DNA of 64,000 nucleotides from Escherichia virus TH35. The notes beneath the pieces were generated by a model. The model saw only the letters and a list, made by a program, of their open reading frames with translations, was not told the origin of the DNA and did not search any database. The translations under genes were made by a program, and so were the position numbers. Shown here piece by piece: positions 1 through 8,249 of this stretch. The DNA lies in sequence record MT446408.1, one strand, 5' to 3'. Within the stretch, counting starts at the first letter, position 1. Each line of letters begins with the position of its first letter.

Positions 1-160
1 TAGGCCAGAAGCTGCTGTTAATCTTTTTGCCGCGCTCGTCGGTCTGCACCGTTGCTTCAGGCGCAAACACGGTCATGACGCGTTCATCTTCTGGAATGCC
101 TCTTTGGAGTTCCGTCAAAAACTCTTCGATTATTTTTGCTTCTTCTCTTAAACTAGCCAT
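1..160 (-). CDS. hypothetical protein, partial (runs off window start)
   Basis: ATG at 160-158 on reverse strand preceded by GAAGGA RBS; open to position 1 (MASLREEAKIIEEF...); divergent from gene at 321. Confidence 0.4.
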   Translation of the reverse strand, partial: MASLREEAKIIEEFLTELQRGIPEDERVMTVFAPEATVQTDERGKKINSSFWP

Positions 161-320
161 CTTTCTTTCCTTCGGTGATCAATACCTGCAGTATAATATT
201 GAGTGATACAAAGTCAACAATATTTACCATTTAGTTCACAATTTCGATTTACTTTGCTTTATACTATATCTGCAATTATACTATCAGAAAATATTTCCGC
301 ACTAACAAAGGTCGCCTGAA

Positions 321-647
321 ATGAACGAAAAAGAGACGAAGCAACGCGAACGTGCAACACACGTCGGAATCGTTGAGTCCTTCCTTAATACAAGATTGAA
401 TTCAAGCCTGACAATCATGCGATTCCTGGGTCAACCAGACAGAATCAAATTTATTTTTGCCGCAAATCCGGTATCGCTGTACATCCCTGTTGAATCCATG
501 GCGTACTTAGTGCGCGACGAGAAAGGATGGAAGATACCAAACACAACTGTTTTCTTCAGCCATGTTGATGGTGAGATGTTTGAACGAAAAGAAGATTGCC
601 ATTTTATTCCAGTATATCTGGACCTTGAAAGCGTAGTGGAGTTATAA
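321..647 (+). CDS. hypothetical protein (108 aa)
   Basis: ORF with AAAGG RBS 9 nt upstream; TAATG stop/start overlap with downstream helicase. Confidence 0.55.
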   Translation: MNEKETKQRERATHVGIVESFLNTRLNSSLTIMRFLGQPDRIKFIFAANPVSLYIPVESMAYLVRDEKGWKIPNTTVFFSHVDGEMFERKEDCHFIPVYLDLESVVEL

Positions 648-1831
648 TGAACATTCCAGAATTTAATGATGAGCCAGTGATTCAGTTTAACGCGCAACAA
701 ATCGACGCCATCGAGAAAGCCGTTGCATGGTACAAGCGATTGCAGGACGGTAAAACGACGAAGCGCGTGTTTTTCATCGCTGGCTATGCAGGGACTGGTA
801 AAACCTCTATTGCTCGCGAGATTGTGCGCCGCTGTGTCGGTGAGTACGGCGCTATCTATATTGCGCCGACCGGAAAGGCTGCAAGCCGATTAAAGCAAAA
901 AGGCTGTCGTGGCGCTAAGACCCTTCACCAGTTCATCTATAACGTGCGCGGCGTAAATGACGACAATGAGCCAATCTTTTCGAGAAAGTCAAAGCTGGAT
1001 GAAAGGCCGCACCTTGTTGTACTCGATGAAGCGTCGATGGTTGGCGAGTGGGACACAGAGCGCCTTCTTGATCACCGCATCCCTGTCCTGGCATTAGGCG
1101 ACATTGGACAAGTCCCTCCGGTAAAAGCCGCCGCCTACTTTACTGAAGATGCCGTTGACGTACTGTTAACCGAAATCATGCGGCAAGGGAAAGAGTCCAA
1201 CATAATCCGCGCCTCCTTCTTCGTGCGCCAAGGCAACCGCCTTCCTCCGCGTGAATACGATGACGTCAAAGTATTGGCAGAATCGCCGCGCGTTACTGCA
1301 TTGAAGAAATTCATGGGCGAAGATGATCAAATTATTTGCTCCTATAATAGCACCAAAGATAAATGGAATTCATTATTACGGCAAGTGAGCGGACGTATAA
1401 CGCCAATGCCAGGAATCGGCGAGAAGGTTATTTGCACCTTCAACCAACACGGGCCAGGATTCTGTAATGGCGAGCAAGGGATTGTTATTAGCTATGAGCC
1501 AGTGCCGGACTTTGAAAGGGATGAAGACGAGTCGAATGAAATAATGTATGTCAACTTACGTTCATTAACTGATGGTAAAGATATAAAGGTGAAGATCAAT
1601 CCTCTTTCCTTCTCTACTGATCAGGAAGTGCGCAAAGAAGCGCAACGCGCTGTTGGTGGGATGGACTATGGCTATGTCATCACGGTGCACAAATCGCAAG
1701 GCAGCGAGTGGGACAATGTGTGCGTGCTGGAAGAAATCTTGCGCGGCGTTCCGTACTCCAAGATGATGTACACCGCTATCACCCGTGCTAAGAAGAATCT
1801 GACCGTGTACCGTGATTTGAAAGCGCGTTAA
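647..1831 (+). CDS. SF1 DNA helicase, Dda/RecD-like
   Basis: Walker A GYAGTGKT, Walker B VVLDEASM, C-terminal VITVHKSQGSEWDNV motif typical of RecD/Dda-type helicases. Confidence 0.85.
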   Translation: MNIPEFNDEPVIQFNAQQIDAIEKAVAWYKRLQDGKTTKRVFFIAGYAGTGKTSIAREIVRRCVGEYGAIYIAPTGKAASRLKQKGCRGAKTLHQFIYNVRGVNDDNEPIFSRKSKLDERPHLVVLDEASMVGEWDTERLLDHRIPVLALGDIGQVPPVKAAAYFTEDAVDVLLTEIMRQGKESNIIRASFFVRQGNRLPPREYDDVKVLAESPRVTALKKFMGEDDQIICSYNSTKDKWNSLLRQVSGRITPMPGIGEKVICTFNQHGPGFCNGEQGIVISYEPVPDFERDEDESNEIMYVNLRSLTDGKDIKVKINPLSFSTDQEVRKEAQRAVGGMDYGYVITVHKSQGSEWDNVCVLEEILRGVPYSKMMYTAITRAKKNLTVYRDLKAR

Positions 1832-1990
1832 TGTTGACGTAAATTTACGAAAAATAAAACTGAAAATCAGTTTAATTAAAGTGGCATTGCCGCCATAGTT
1901 TTTAGTTGCTACTGGCGGCGACTGAAGGCATAATTAAGTTATCCCAAACGGGGAATATAAAATAAACTAATTTATTTAAGGACTGTGAAT

Positions 1991-2830
1991 ATGGCCGAAG
2001 CAATCAAAGTATTATCTAAAGAAGAAAAACAAGCAGCCGCAGCAGAACGTCGTCGCGTGGCTGAAGAAAAACGCCTGGCTAAAAAGAAAGAAGCCGAAGA
2101 AAAACGCCAGAAGCGTGAGCAGGAAAAACAAGCCAAGCGTGAAGAAGCTGCGCTGAAACGCAAGCAGGCTGCTGATGAGAAGGCTCAGAAGCGTGCTGAA
2201 GAAGCAGCTAAGAAAGCTAAAGAGCGTGCAGAAAAGGCTGCTGCTAAGAAAGCAGAGCGTGAAGCCGCTAAAGCAGCAAAAGAAATCGAAAAGGCAAAGG
2301 CTAAAGAAGAAGCCAAGCGCCTGAAAGCTGAGCAGGCTGCGGCCAAGAAAGCAGAGCGTGATCAAGCCCGTGCTGCAGCGAAGGCCGAAAAAGAGAAGGC
2401 CAAAGAAGAAGCTAAAGCGAAACGCAAGGCAGAGCGTGAAGCTGCTAAGATTGCGGCGAAAGAAGCTGCAGAACAGCAGAAAGAACAGCGTAAGAAAGAA
2501 GCTGAAGAACGTCGCAAAGCCATCGCAGAACGTAAGGCTGCTAAAAAGGCAAACGGTCAGCGTCGTGCAAAAGCCACTCACTTCATCTACACTGGCAATG
2601 GCCTGAGCCAGCCGCAAGAGCATTCCACCCGTGGACGCGTTCTGGCGGCGATCAAAGAAGGCGAAGTTGGCGTGGCGCAGTCTATCGATGAGCTGGGCGA
2701 AAAAGTTAAAGATCAACTGTTTGGCGCTTCCGTTCGCTCCTACCTGAGCAAGCTGGAAGAGATGGGCCACATCGAGTTTGTCGATGTTGAATCCAACGAC
2801 GATGCCGAAGACGGTGATCAAGCGGAATAA
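1991..2830 (+). CDS. Lys/Ala/Glu-rich low-complexity charged protein with small acidic C-terminal domain
   Basis: ATG 1991 with AAGGA RBS (track start 1985 is GTG); about 200 aa of KAE repeats then HFIYTGNGL...DDAEDGDQAE; promoter-like TTGCTA-17-CATAAT upstream, terminator downstream. Confidence 0.65.
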   Translation: MAEAIKVLSKEEKQAAAAERRRVAEEKRLAKKKEAEEKRQKREQEKQAKREEAALKRKQAADEKAQKRAEEAAKKAKERAEKAAAKKAEREAAKAAKEIEKAKAKEEAKRLKAEQAAAKKAERDQARAAAKAEKEKAKEEAKAKRKAEREAAKIAAKEAAEQQKEQRKKEAEERRKAIAERKAAKKANGQRRAKATHFIYTGNGLSQPQEHSTRGRVLAAIKEGEVGVAQSIDELGEKVKDQLFGASVRSYLSKLEEMGHIEFVDVESNDDAEDGDQAE

Positions 2831-2856
2831 CCTGTAGGACGGTTATAGCGGTAATT

Positions 2857-2884
2857 GACCCACACTTGTTGTGGGTCTTTTTTT
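2857..2884 (+). terminator. rho-independent terminator
   Basis: hairpin GACCCACA-cttgtt-GTGGGTC followed by T7 run. Confidence 0.6.
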
Positions 2885-2969
2885 CGTCTGTACTAAATAG
2901 AAATGACTTGTTGCTGTAAAATAATTTAGCTATTATACTTCTCATATCACCCACAAAGGACAAATGAAC

Positions 2970-3959
2970 ATGAAACAACCTGTAATGATTATCGGCGGCG
3001 GTTTGGCAGGACTTATTACCGCGTGTCACTTCCCGAACTCCATTGTGTACGAAGCAGGGGAACGAGCGCCACAGCACAAGGCGCTGCTACGCTTTCGCGG
3101 CGAAGAAGTAAGCCGTATTACCGGAATCCCTTTTAAGGCCGTGACAGTCGATAAGGCTGTGTATTTTCGTGGTAACTACTATCACGACCACTGCCCGATT
3201 AACCTTGCCAACATGTACTCTATGAAAGTCACCAACCAGTTTGGCAGCCGCTCAATCATGAAGCTTCAAACCGCTACGCGCTACATAGCGCCGGATGACT
3301 TTTATGATCAACTTGTCGATAAGCTTGGCGACCGTATATTCTTCAATACTCCGGTCGACACCCTCTGCGGCTATAGCGAGACGCCAATCATCAATACATC
3401 GCCGCTGCCCGTCATGATGAAGCTTGCTGGCATTGATCAAAAGCTCGACTTCTCGTTTGATAAGGCAAATATACGCGTTTATCGTTTTAAGATTAAGCGC
3501 AAGTGTGAACTGTATCAAACAATTTACTTCCCTGACTATTCTGTAAGGACTTACCGCGCATCAATTACTGGTGACACGCTGATTATCGAAACAATTCCAT
3601 TGGTAAGCGTCAGCGCGGCAGCAGTTGAAGCCGCTGGCGGCATTACCCGTTATCGCGACATGAAGTTGCGTGCAGAAGTGGACGAAGTTCTGACCGCTTT
3701 TGGTCTTTCATGGAATGACATCTCTTTGGAAGAAGTTGAAAAGGTTGACCAGAAGTATGGCAAGATTGTCGACATTCCTAAAGACTTGCGCCACGCCTTA
3801 CTGCTCCAGCTGACTATGGATTTGAACGTGTTTAGTGTCGGTCGATTTGCTACATGGCGCAACATCTTGCTTGATGACGTAGCTCATGACCTTGTTGAAG
3901 TTGAAAAACTCATCAAAGCAAATAACTATCAAAAATTTGCTTATATTGCTAATAAATAA
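2970..3959 (+). CDS. FAD/NAD(P)-binding Rossmann-fold oxidoreductase
   Basis: N-terminal GxGxxG dinucleotide-binding motif VMIIGGGLAGL; start taken at second ATG (2970) for RBS spacing, track start 2964. Confidence 0.6.
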   Translation: MKQPVMIIGGGLAGLITACHFPNSIVYEAGERAPQHKALLRFRGEEVSRITGIPFKAVTVDKAVYFRGNYYHDHCPINLANMYSMKVTNQFGSRSIMKLQTATRYIAPDDFYDQLVDKLGDRIFFNTPVDTLCGYSETPIINTSPLPVMMKLAGIDQKLDFSFDKANIRVYRFKIKRKCELYQTIYFPDYSVRTYRASITGDTLIIETIPLVSVSAAAVEAAGGITRYRDMKLRAEVDEVLTAFGLSWNDISLEEVEKVDQKYGKIVDIPKDLRHALLLQLTMDLNVFSVGRFATWRNILLDDVAHDLVEVEKLIKANNYQKFAYIANK

Positions 3960-4004
3960 TTTGCTTTCTGCTTCAATGAGAGTATACTTTAATCATTGAA
4001 GCAG
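3960..4004 (+). promoter_or_regulatory. sigma70-like promoter with 12-bp inverted repeat bracketing the -10
   Basis: TTTGCT(3960-3965)-17 bp-TATACT(3983-3988); palindrome CTGCTTCAATGA 3968-3979 / TCATTGAAGCAG 3993-4004. Confidence 0.4.
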
Positions 4005-4025
4005 AACTCATAAGAGGAAATGAAG

Positions 4026-4472
4026 ATGAAACGCATCACTGGAATCGCGCTTGCCGCAACTGCTATTCTCGGAACCATGTATATGGAAGCGACTGAAGCC
4101 GCTGTCCGTACTTCCGATTCAATCGCTGTTTACGATTGCGAAGCGATGGACGGCAAGACCGCAGCGACGACTGGCGCAACAATTACCACTTACATCGGTG
4201 TGAACGAGCAAGAAGGTCTGAATATTCAGATTCAGGGATTCACCGGAAAAGGTGCCAACCGGACTCCGTGGATGCAGCGTTTCACTTTCGTTCAGCCTCG
4301 TTCAACTGGCGGCTTTATCAACCTGATTGGTGAAAACCGTTCTGGTGCAGAAATCTTTACATCAATTAGTTCTAATAATGAACCAAAGAAAAGTTTTCAG
4401 TTGCTTTATAACGCACAATTCGTTTATCATTGCACCTTCTCTGGTGATCAGCAACTAGTTAACTACCGTTAA
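4026..4472 (+). CDS. secreted/periplasmic protein of unknown function
   Basis: N-terminal signal peptide MKRITGIALAATAILG...ATEAA; AAGAGGA RBS 7 nt upstream of ATG 4026 (track start 4020). Confidence 0.6.
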   Translation: MKRITGIALAATAILGTMYMEATEAAVRTSDSIAVYDCEAMDGKTAATTGATITTYIGVNEQEGLNIQIQGFTGKGANRTPWMQRFTFVQPRSTGGFINLIGENRSGAEIFTSISSNNEPKKSFQLLYNAQFVYHCTFSGDQQLVNYR

Positions 4473-4485
4473 TAGGATAATTAAA

Positions 4486-5289
4486 ATGAAAGTTGAATTA
4501 ATTCGATACACCCAAGATGCACTTGACCTTTTGCTGGAAACAAAGAATACGCGCATGACTGGTAAGCCAGTCTCTGAGATGACAGAATCAGAGAAGCAAG
4601 AGCACTGGCGCTACATGCTTGACACCATCAAGTCACCTTTCGACTTTGTTGACTATATCTTTGACATCACTGATGTATCAAAGAATATGACTCATCAGAT
4701 GGTGCGCACACGAACAGGTGCATATCAAGAACGCACAAGCCGCGCTCAGGAGTCGTCAGCATTTGATGCGATTCGTCCTGCCAAATTTACTTACCCAGAG
4801 GATGATCCAAAGGGATGGACTCGTCATGACGAGAAGGCTGCTGAACTGGCAGAGAAATGGGATGATGCAATGGCAACCATTGACGCCCTATACCAAGAAC
4901 TTCGCGCGGCTGGCGCAGAGATTCAAGATGCACGTGCCGTGTTGCCTTCTAATATGCAAACGCATATCATGGCAAAGTTTAATTTGCGCACCCTGCAGCA
5001 AATGGCCTCTAACCGCTTGTGCACACGTACTCAAGGCGAGTATCAAGAAGTATTCCGTGCAATGGTTGCGGAAGTCCTTAAGGTGCACCCGTGGGCTAAT
5101 CCTTTACTACAGCCGCAGTGCATCGGTATGGGTAAGTGCGCATTCCCTCGTCACGGTAAGGCCCATTGCCCATGGTATCGTGATTGGATGGATACCACTG
5201 CACAGCAAGAAGAATTACGCATTCAGTTTTGGAATGCAATGCCAATCACCAATAATCCAGTGGCCAAAGATGGAGTATCAAAAGGATGA
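4486..5289 (+). CDS. thyX: flavin-dependent thymidylate synthase-like protein (ThyX family), non-canonical RTR motif
   Basis: ThyX-like blocks PFDFVDYIFDI, ARAVLPSNMQTHIMAKFNLRTLQQM and C-terminal HCPW; signature reads RTR-x7-T instead of RHR-x7-S. Confidence 0.7.
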   Translation: MKVELIRYTQDALDLLLETKNTRMTGKPVSEMTESEKQEHWRYMLDTIKSPFDFVDYIFDITDVSKNMTHQMVRTRTGAYQERTSRAQESSAFDAIRPAKFTYPEDDPKGWTRHDEKAAELAEKWDDAMATIDALYQELRAAGAEIQDARAVLPSNMQTHIMAKFNLRTLQQMASNRLCTRTQGEYQEVFRAMVAEVLKVHPWANPLLQPQCIGMGKCAFPRHGKAHCPWYRDWMDTTAQQEELRIQFWNAMPITNNPVAKDGVSKG

Positions 5290-6158
5290 GTATCAAAAAT
5301 AACCAAATCTTAAACGTATTCGACCTTGACGGAACTCTGTTTGATGACCGTTGGCGCTTAGACCGCATCAAGGTGGCAGGTCCGTTGTCAGACTATGATG
5401 ATTATCACAGCGGTATTGGTTATGATCAGTTCTATCCTCACATTGCATCAGCAGTAGAGTCGGCATCTCTTCGCGGTGAGGCGGTTGAATATTGGACTGC
5501 AAGGCCAGAAAAATACAGACAAGTGACTTTTGAACGTCTGGACAATGTTTTTCCTTTTGATGAATTTACAATCAAGATGAGAGACTATGGCGACAAACGT
5601 CCATCAACTATTATGAAATCTGCATGGCTATCGCACGCTTTGCGGCACGGCGATTATCGAATCATCAATGTATTCGACGACCGACAAGACGTACTCGCGC
5701 GGATGCAAGATGAAGCATTGTGTTATAATTCCGTTGCTCAAAATAAAATCGCTTTTACATTTAATCTTTGCAAGGCAGGTGAAGTGGTGCAACAATTAGC
5801 AATTGATCCAAGCGCAACAGGGCAAGAAGAGACTAAGTCTGTGGAAGTTGAACAATCTCCGGCAACTGCCGCCGATATTCTTGATGCAATGGCAGCAACC
5901 TTCCGTGAGCGCAACGCTGTCTATGGCGATAACGCTGTGATGGTAGGTCAGGTTATGCAAGTGCTTTTCCCTAATGGCGTGACGTTGAAAACGCCGGAAG
6001 ACTACCACATGTGGCATCTGTTCGAGCTTAAGATTGTCAAGCTTACACGCTTCGCAATCAGCGGCCTGAAGCACGAAGACTCTATACACGATGATGGTGT
6101 TTACAGCGCCATGTGTGAACGTCTTGTTAACACCCATAATATTAATTTCAATAAATAG
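5286..6158 (+). CDS. HAD-superfamily phosphatase with C-terminal domain of unknown function
   Basis: HAD motif I FDLDGTLFDD near N-terminus; ATGA overlap with thyX-like gene. Confidence 0.6.
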   Translation: MSIKNNQILNVFDLDGTLFDDRWRLDRIKVAGPLSDYDDYHSGIGYDQFYPHIASAVESASLRGEAVEYWTARPEKYRQVTFERLDNVFPFDEFTIKMRDYGDKRPSTIMKSAWLSHALRHGDYRIINVFDDRQDVLARMQDEALCYNSVAQNKIAFTFNLCKAGEVVQQLAIDPSATGQEETKSVEVEQSPATAADILDAMAATFRERNAVYGDNAVMVGQVMQVLFPNGVTLKTPEDYHMWHLFELKIVKLTRFAISGLKHEDSIHDDGVYSAMCERLVNTHNINFNK

Positions 6159-6202
6159 TTTACTTGTGCGTTTCGATGAGTTATCTTTATCTCATCGAAA
6201 CG
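6159..6202 (+). promoter_or_regulatory. sigma70-like promoter with perfect 12-bp inverted repeat bracketing the -10
   Basis: TTTACT(6159-6164)-17 bp-TATCTT(6182-6187); CGTTTCGATGAG 6169-6180 / CTCATCGAAACG 6191-6202; downstream CATCGAAACGAA shared with promoter at 13088. Confidence 0.4.
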
Positions 6203-6222
6203 AAGTCCAAAAGGATAAATAA

Positions 6223-6906
6223 ATGAAAAAAGTAATTGTTGTAACTGGCTGCAATTCCGGTCTTGGTAAATCCATTTTTGACACCCTTGGCGCTTACGGT
6301 CATGAAGTTGTCGGTATTGATTTGGAGAACGGCTATGACATCCGTAACGCGAAACAGATGAAAGAGCTTCTCTCTCAATACGACGTAGAAGGCTTGATCA
6401 ACTGCGCTGGCGTCAACTCCAACAACTGGTTCGAAGATGTTAACTACGAAGAGTTCAATCGCGTTATGCACACCAACGCCTTCTCTTTCGTCAACACGAC
6501 TCAGGCCGCGCTGAAAAGTCTTATTGACAACAAAGGTTTTGTGATCAACATCGTTTCCAACGCTGCGCATATTCCTATGACGTCCAGCTTGTGTTATAAT
6601 GCTTCCAAGGCTGCTGCGCTCATGATTAGCAAGCAGATGGCTCACGAGCTTACGCCTAAATACGGGATCACGGTGTTCTCTATTAGTCCTAACAAGCTAC
6701 GTGGTACTGGCATGTCCAAACAGATTGAAGATGCTGTTTGCGCGACTCGCGACTGGACTCCTGAGTATGCTGCTGAATACCAGAAAAAGGCGTTGATGAA
6801 TGGATTGGAGACTGAGCCGCAAGTAATTGCTGACTTCATTCGACATATCTTAATTACGGGCGCATGGCGCTTTATGTCTGGTACTGATATTCCATTTGGG
6901 AAATAA
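6223..6906 (+). CDS. short-chain dehydrogenase/reductase (SDR) family oxidoreductase
   Basis: TGxxxGxG cofactor motif VTGCNSGLGK, NCAG, catalytic YxxxK (YNASK). Confidence 0.7.
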   Translation: MKKVIVVTGCNSGLGKSIFDTLGAYGHEVVGIDLENGYDIRNAKQMKELLSQYDVEGLINCAGVNSNNWFEDVNYEEFNRVMHTNAFSFVNTTQAALKSLIDNKGFVINIVSNAAHIPMTSSLCYNASKAAALMISKQMAHELTPKYGITVFSISPNKLRGTGMSKQIEDAVCATRDWTPEYAAEYQKKALMNGLETEPQVIADFIRHILITGAWRFMSGTDIPFGK

Positions 6907-6909
6907 ATC

Positions 6910-7080
6910 ATGACTATCAAAGTTGTTGTAGAAGTGATTGGCGACTTGGCAGAAGTGAAGATTGATCAAGAAGGCGTTGGATTTGAAGTAATAAGAATCG
7001 AAAACGCAAAGATTAACCACGAGCGCGTCGGTTCCATTGAGACTTATTCCATAGAAGGCAACACAGTAATTAATCAATAA
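6910..7080 (+). CDS. small hypothetical protein (56 aa)
   Basis: ORF below track threshold found by reading the 6907-7100 gap; MTIKVVVEVIGDLAEV...; weak RBS. Confidence 0.35.
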   Translation: MTIKVVVEVIGDLAEVKIDQEGVGFEVIRIENAKINHERVGSIETYSIEGNTVINQ

Positions 7081-7100
7081 TATTTAATTAAGGAAACAAA

Positions 7101-7652
7101 ATGCCACATTTTAAAATTGAACAAATCGCCCTGTCAATTCCATGTGCTCAGCGCGCACAGAATTTCCTGGCTAAAATCGGCCTGACAGAATGGTTCCATG
7201 ATCACGTTGTTGCTACTGGTCGCGTATTTGAAGCTGATGTCTTTAAGGGTCAGCGCGGCGATTGCACCAACGAAGCTGACTTGCGCTTCAACTATCAGGC
7301 TGGCAACGGCACCGATGGCGGCGCTGGTAAGCCTCTTGAGCTTGAAATTCTTGACTATACAAAAGGTTGCAACTGGATTCACGAAAACATCGAATACATC
7401 GATGCGCACGACAATCAGGTTAGCCATCTTGGTATGCACGTGACTGCCGCTGAACTTGCTGAATGGCGTAAGTTCTTTAAAGAAGAAGGTATTCAGGTTG
7501 CACAGGAAGTTGTAACTGACTCTCATACCAACCCGAACATTGCTGGTCAACGTCGTTACAACTATGTGATCTTTGATACGCGTGAAATCATCGGCGTTGA
7601 TTTGAAGTTTATCGTGCGCTTGAATCAAGACGGTACTCCGTACACTGTATAA
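7101..7652 (+). CDS. putative VOC (glyoxalase/bleomycin-resistance/dioxygenase-like) family protein
   Basis: two beta-alpha-beta-like modules starting FKIEQIALSIP and SHLGMHVTAAEL; AAGGAAA RBS; assignment by fold-pattern only. Confidence 0.4.
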   Translation: MPHFKIEQIALSIPCAQRAQNFLAKIGLTEWFHDHVVATGRVFEADVFKGQRGDCTNEADLRFNYQAGNGTDGGAGKPLELEILDYTKGCNWIHENIEYIDAHDNQVSHLGMHVTAAELAEWRKFFKEEGIQVAQEVVTDSHTNPNIAGQRRYNYVIFDTREIIGVDLKFIVRLNQDGTPYTV

Positions 7653-7668
7653 CGAATCGTGAATCTGT

Positions 7669-7693
7669 GGCCGTCCTAATGGGCGGCCTTTTT
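7669..7693 (+). terminator. rho-independent terminator
   Basis: GGCCGTCC-taat-GGGCGGCC hairpin followed by TTTTT. Confidence 0.6.
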
Positions 7694-7706
7694 GTAGGAG
7701 GCTAAT

Positions 7707-8249
7707 GTGTTATTTCTCCCTTATGACTTCGAAACAACCGGATTGACCGTGCACCCGAAAGCGCCGCTTGGGATGCAGCCGCGCCCTATTGAATTTGCAG
7801 GTCTGTTGACAGACGGCAAAGAGATTCTTGAAACGTTTGAATTCATAATTAATCCTGAAATCGTGATTGAAGAAATTATCACAAAGATTACCGGATTAAC
7901 AAATGAAGACCTTGAGTGCAATCCACCATTCATCAATTTTGTCCCGCAGCTAAAAGAAATCTTCAAGAAGACGGATGCCACTATCGCGCACAACCATGCG
8001 TTCGATAAAAACATTCTTGATTATGCACTACAGCGCGAAGGACTTACGCTTGATGGTGTTAATTTTCCAGAAATAAACATTTGTACAGTTGAGCAAACCT
8101 TGCCTATTTTTGGCCGAAGAGTTAAGCTTCAAGAGCTGTATGAATTATATTTCGGAAAATATGAACAGAAACACCGTGCATTAGACGACGTAATATTACT
8201 GCACAAAGTCTGCCAACAAATTGGCGTATATGACATCTGGAGTAAATAA
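7707..8249 (+). CDS. DnaQ-like 3'-5' exonuclease (proofreading epsilon-like)
   Basis: Exo I motif DFETTGL, Exo III motif HRALDDV; GTG start with AGGAGG RBS; stop overlaps polymerase start. Confidence 0.75.
   Translation: MLFLPYDFETTGLTVHPKAPLGMQPRPIEFAGLLTDGKEILETFEFIINPEIVIEEIITKITGLTNEDLECNPPFINFVPQLKEIFKKTDATIAHNHAFDKNILDYALQREGLTLDGVNFPEINICTVEQTLPIFGRRVKLQELYELYFGKYEQKHRALDDVILLHKVCQQIGVYDIWSK

Noticed and set aside
2012-2821. 269-aa reverse-strand ORF (Phe/Leu/Ser-rich) and other overlapping ORFs inside the KAE-rich gene
   Set aside because: Artefact of the repetitive GAA/AAG/GCN composition; surrounding genes, promoter, RBS and terminator all support the + strand frame.
4718-5302. 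194-aa alternative-frame ORF overlapping the ThyX-like gene
   Set aside because: Lies entirely within a gene with recognisable conserved motifs; no RBS; composition typical of an out-of-frame reading.
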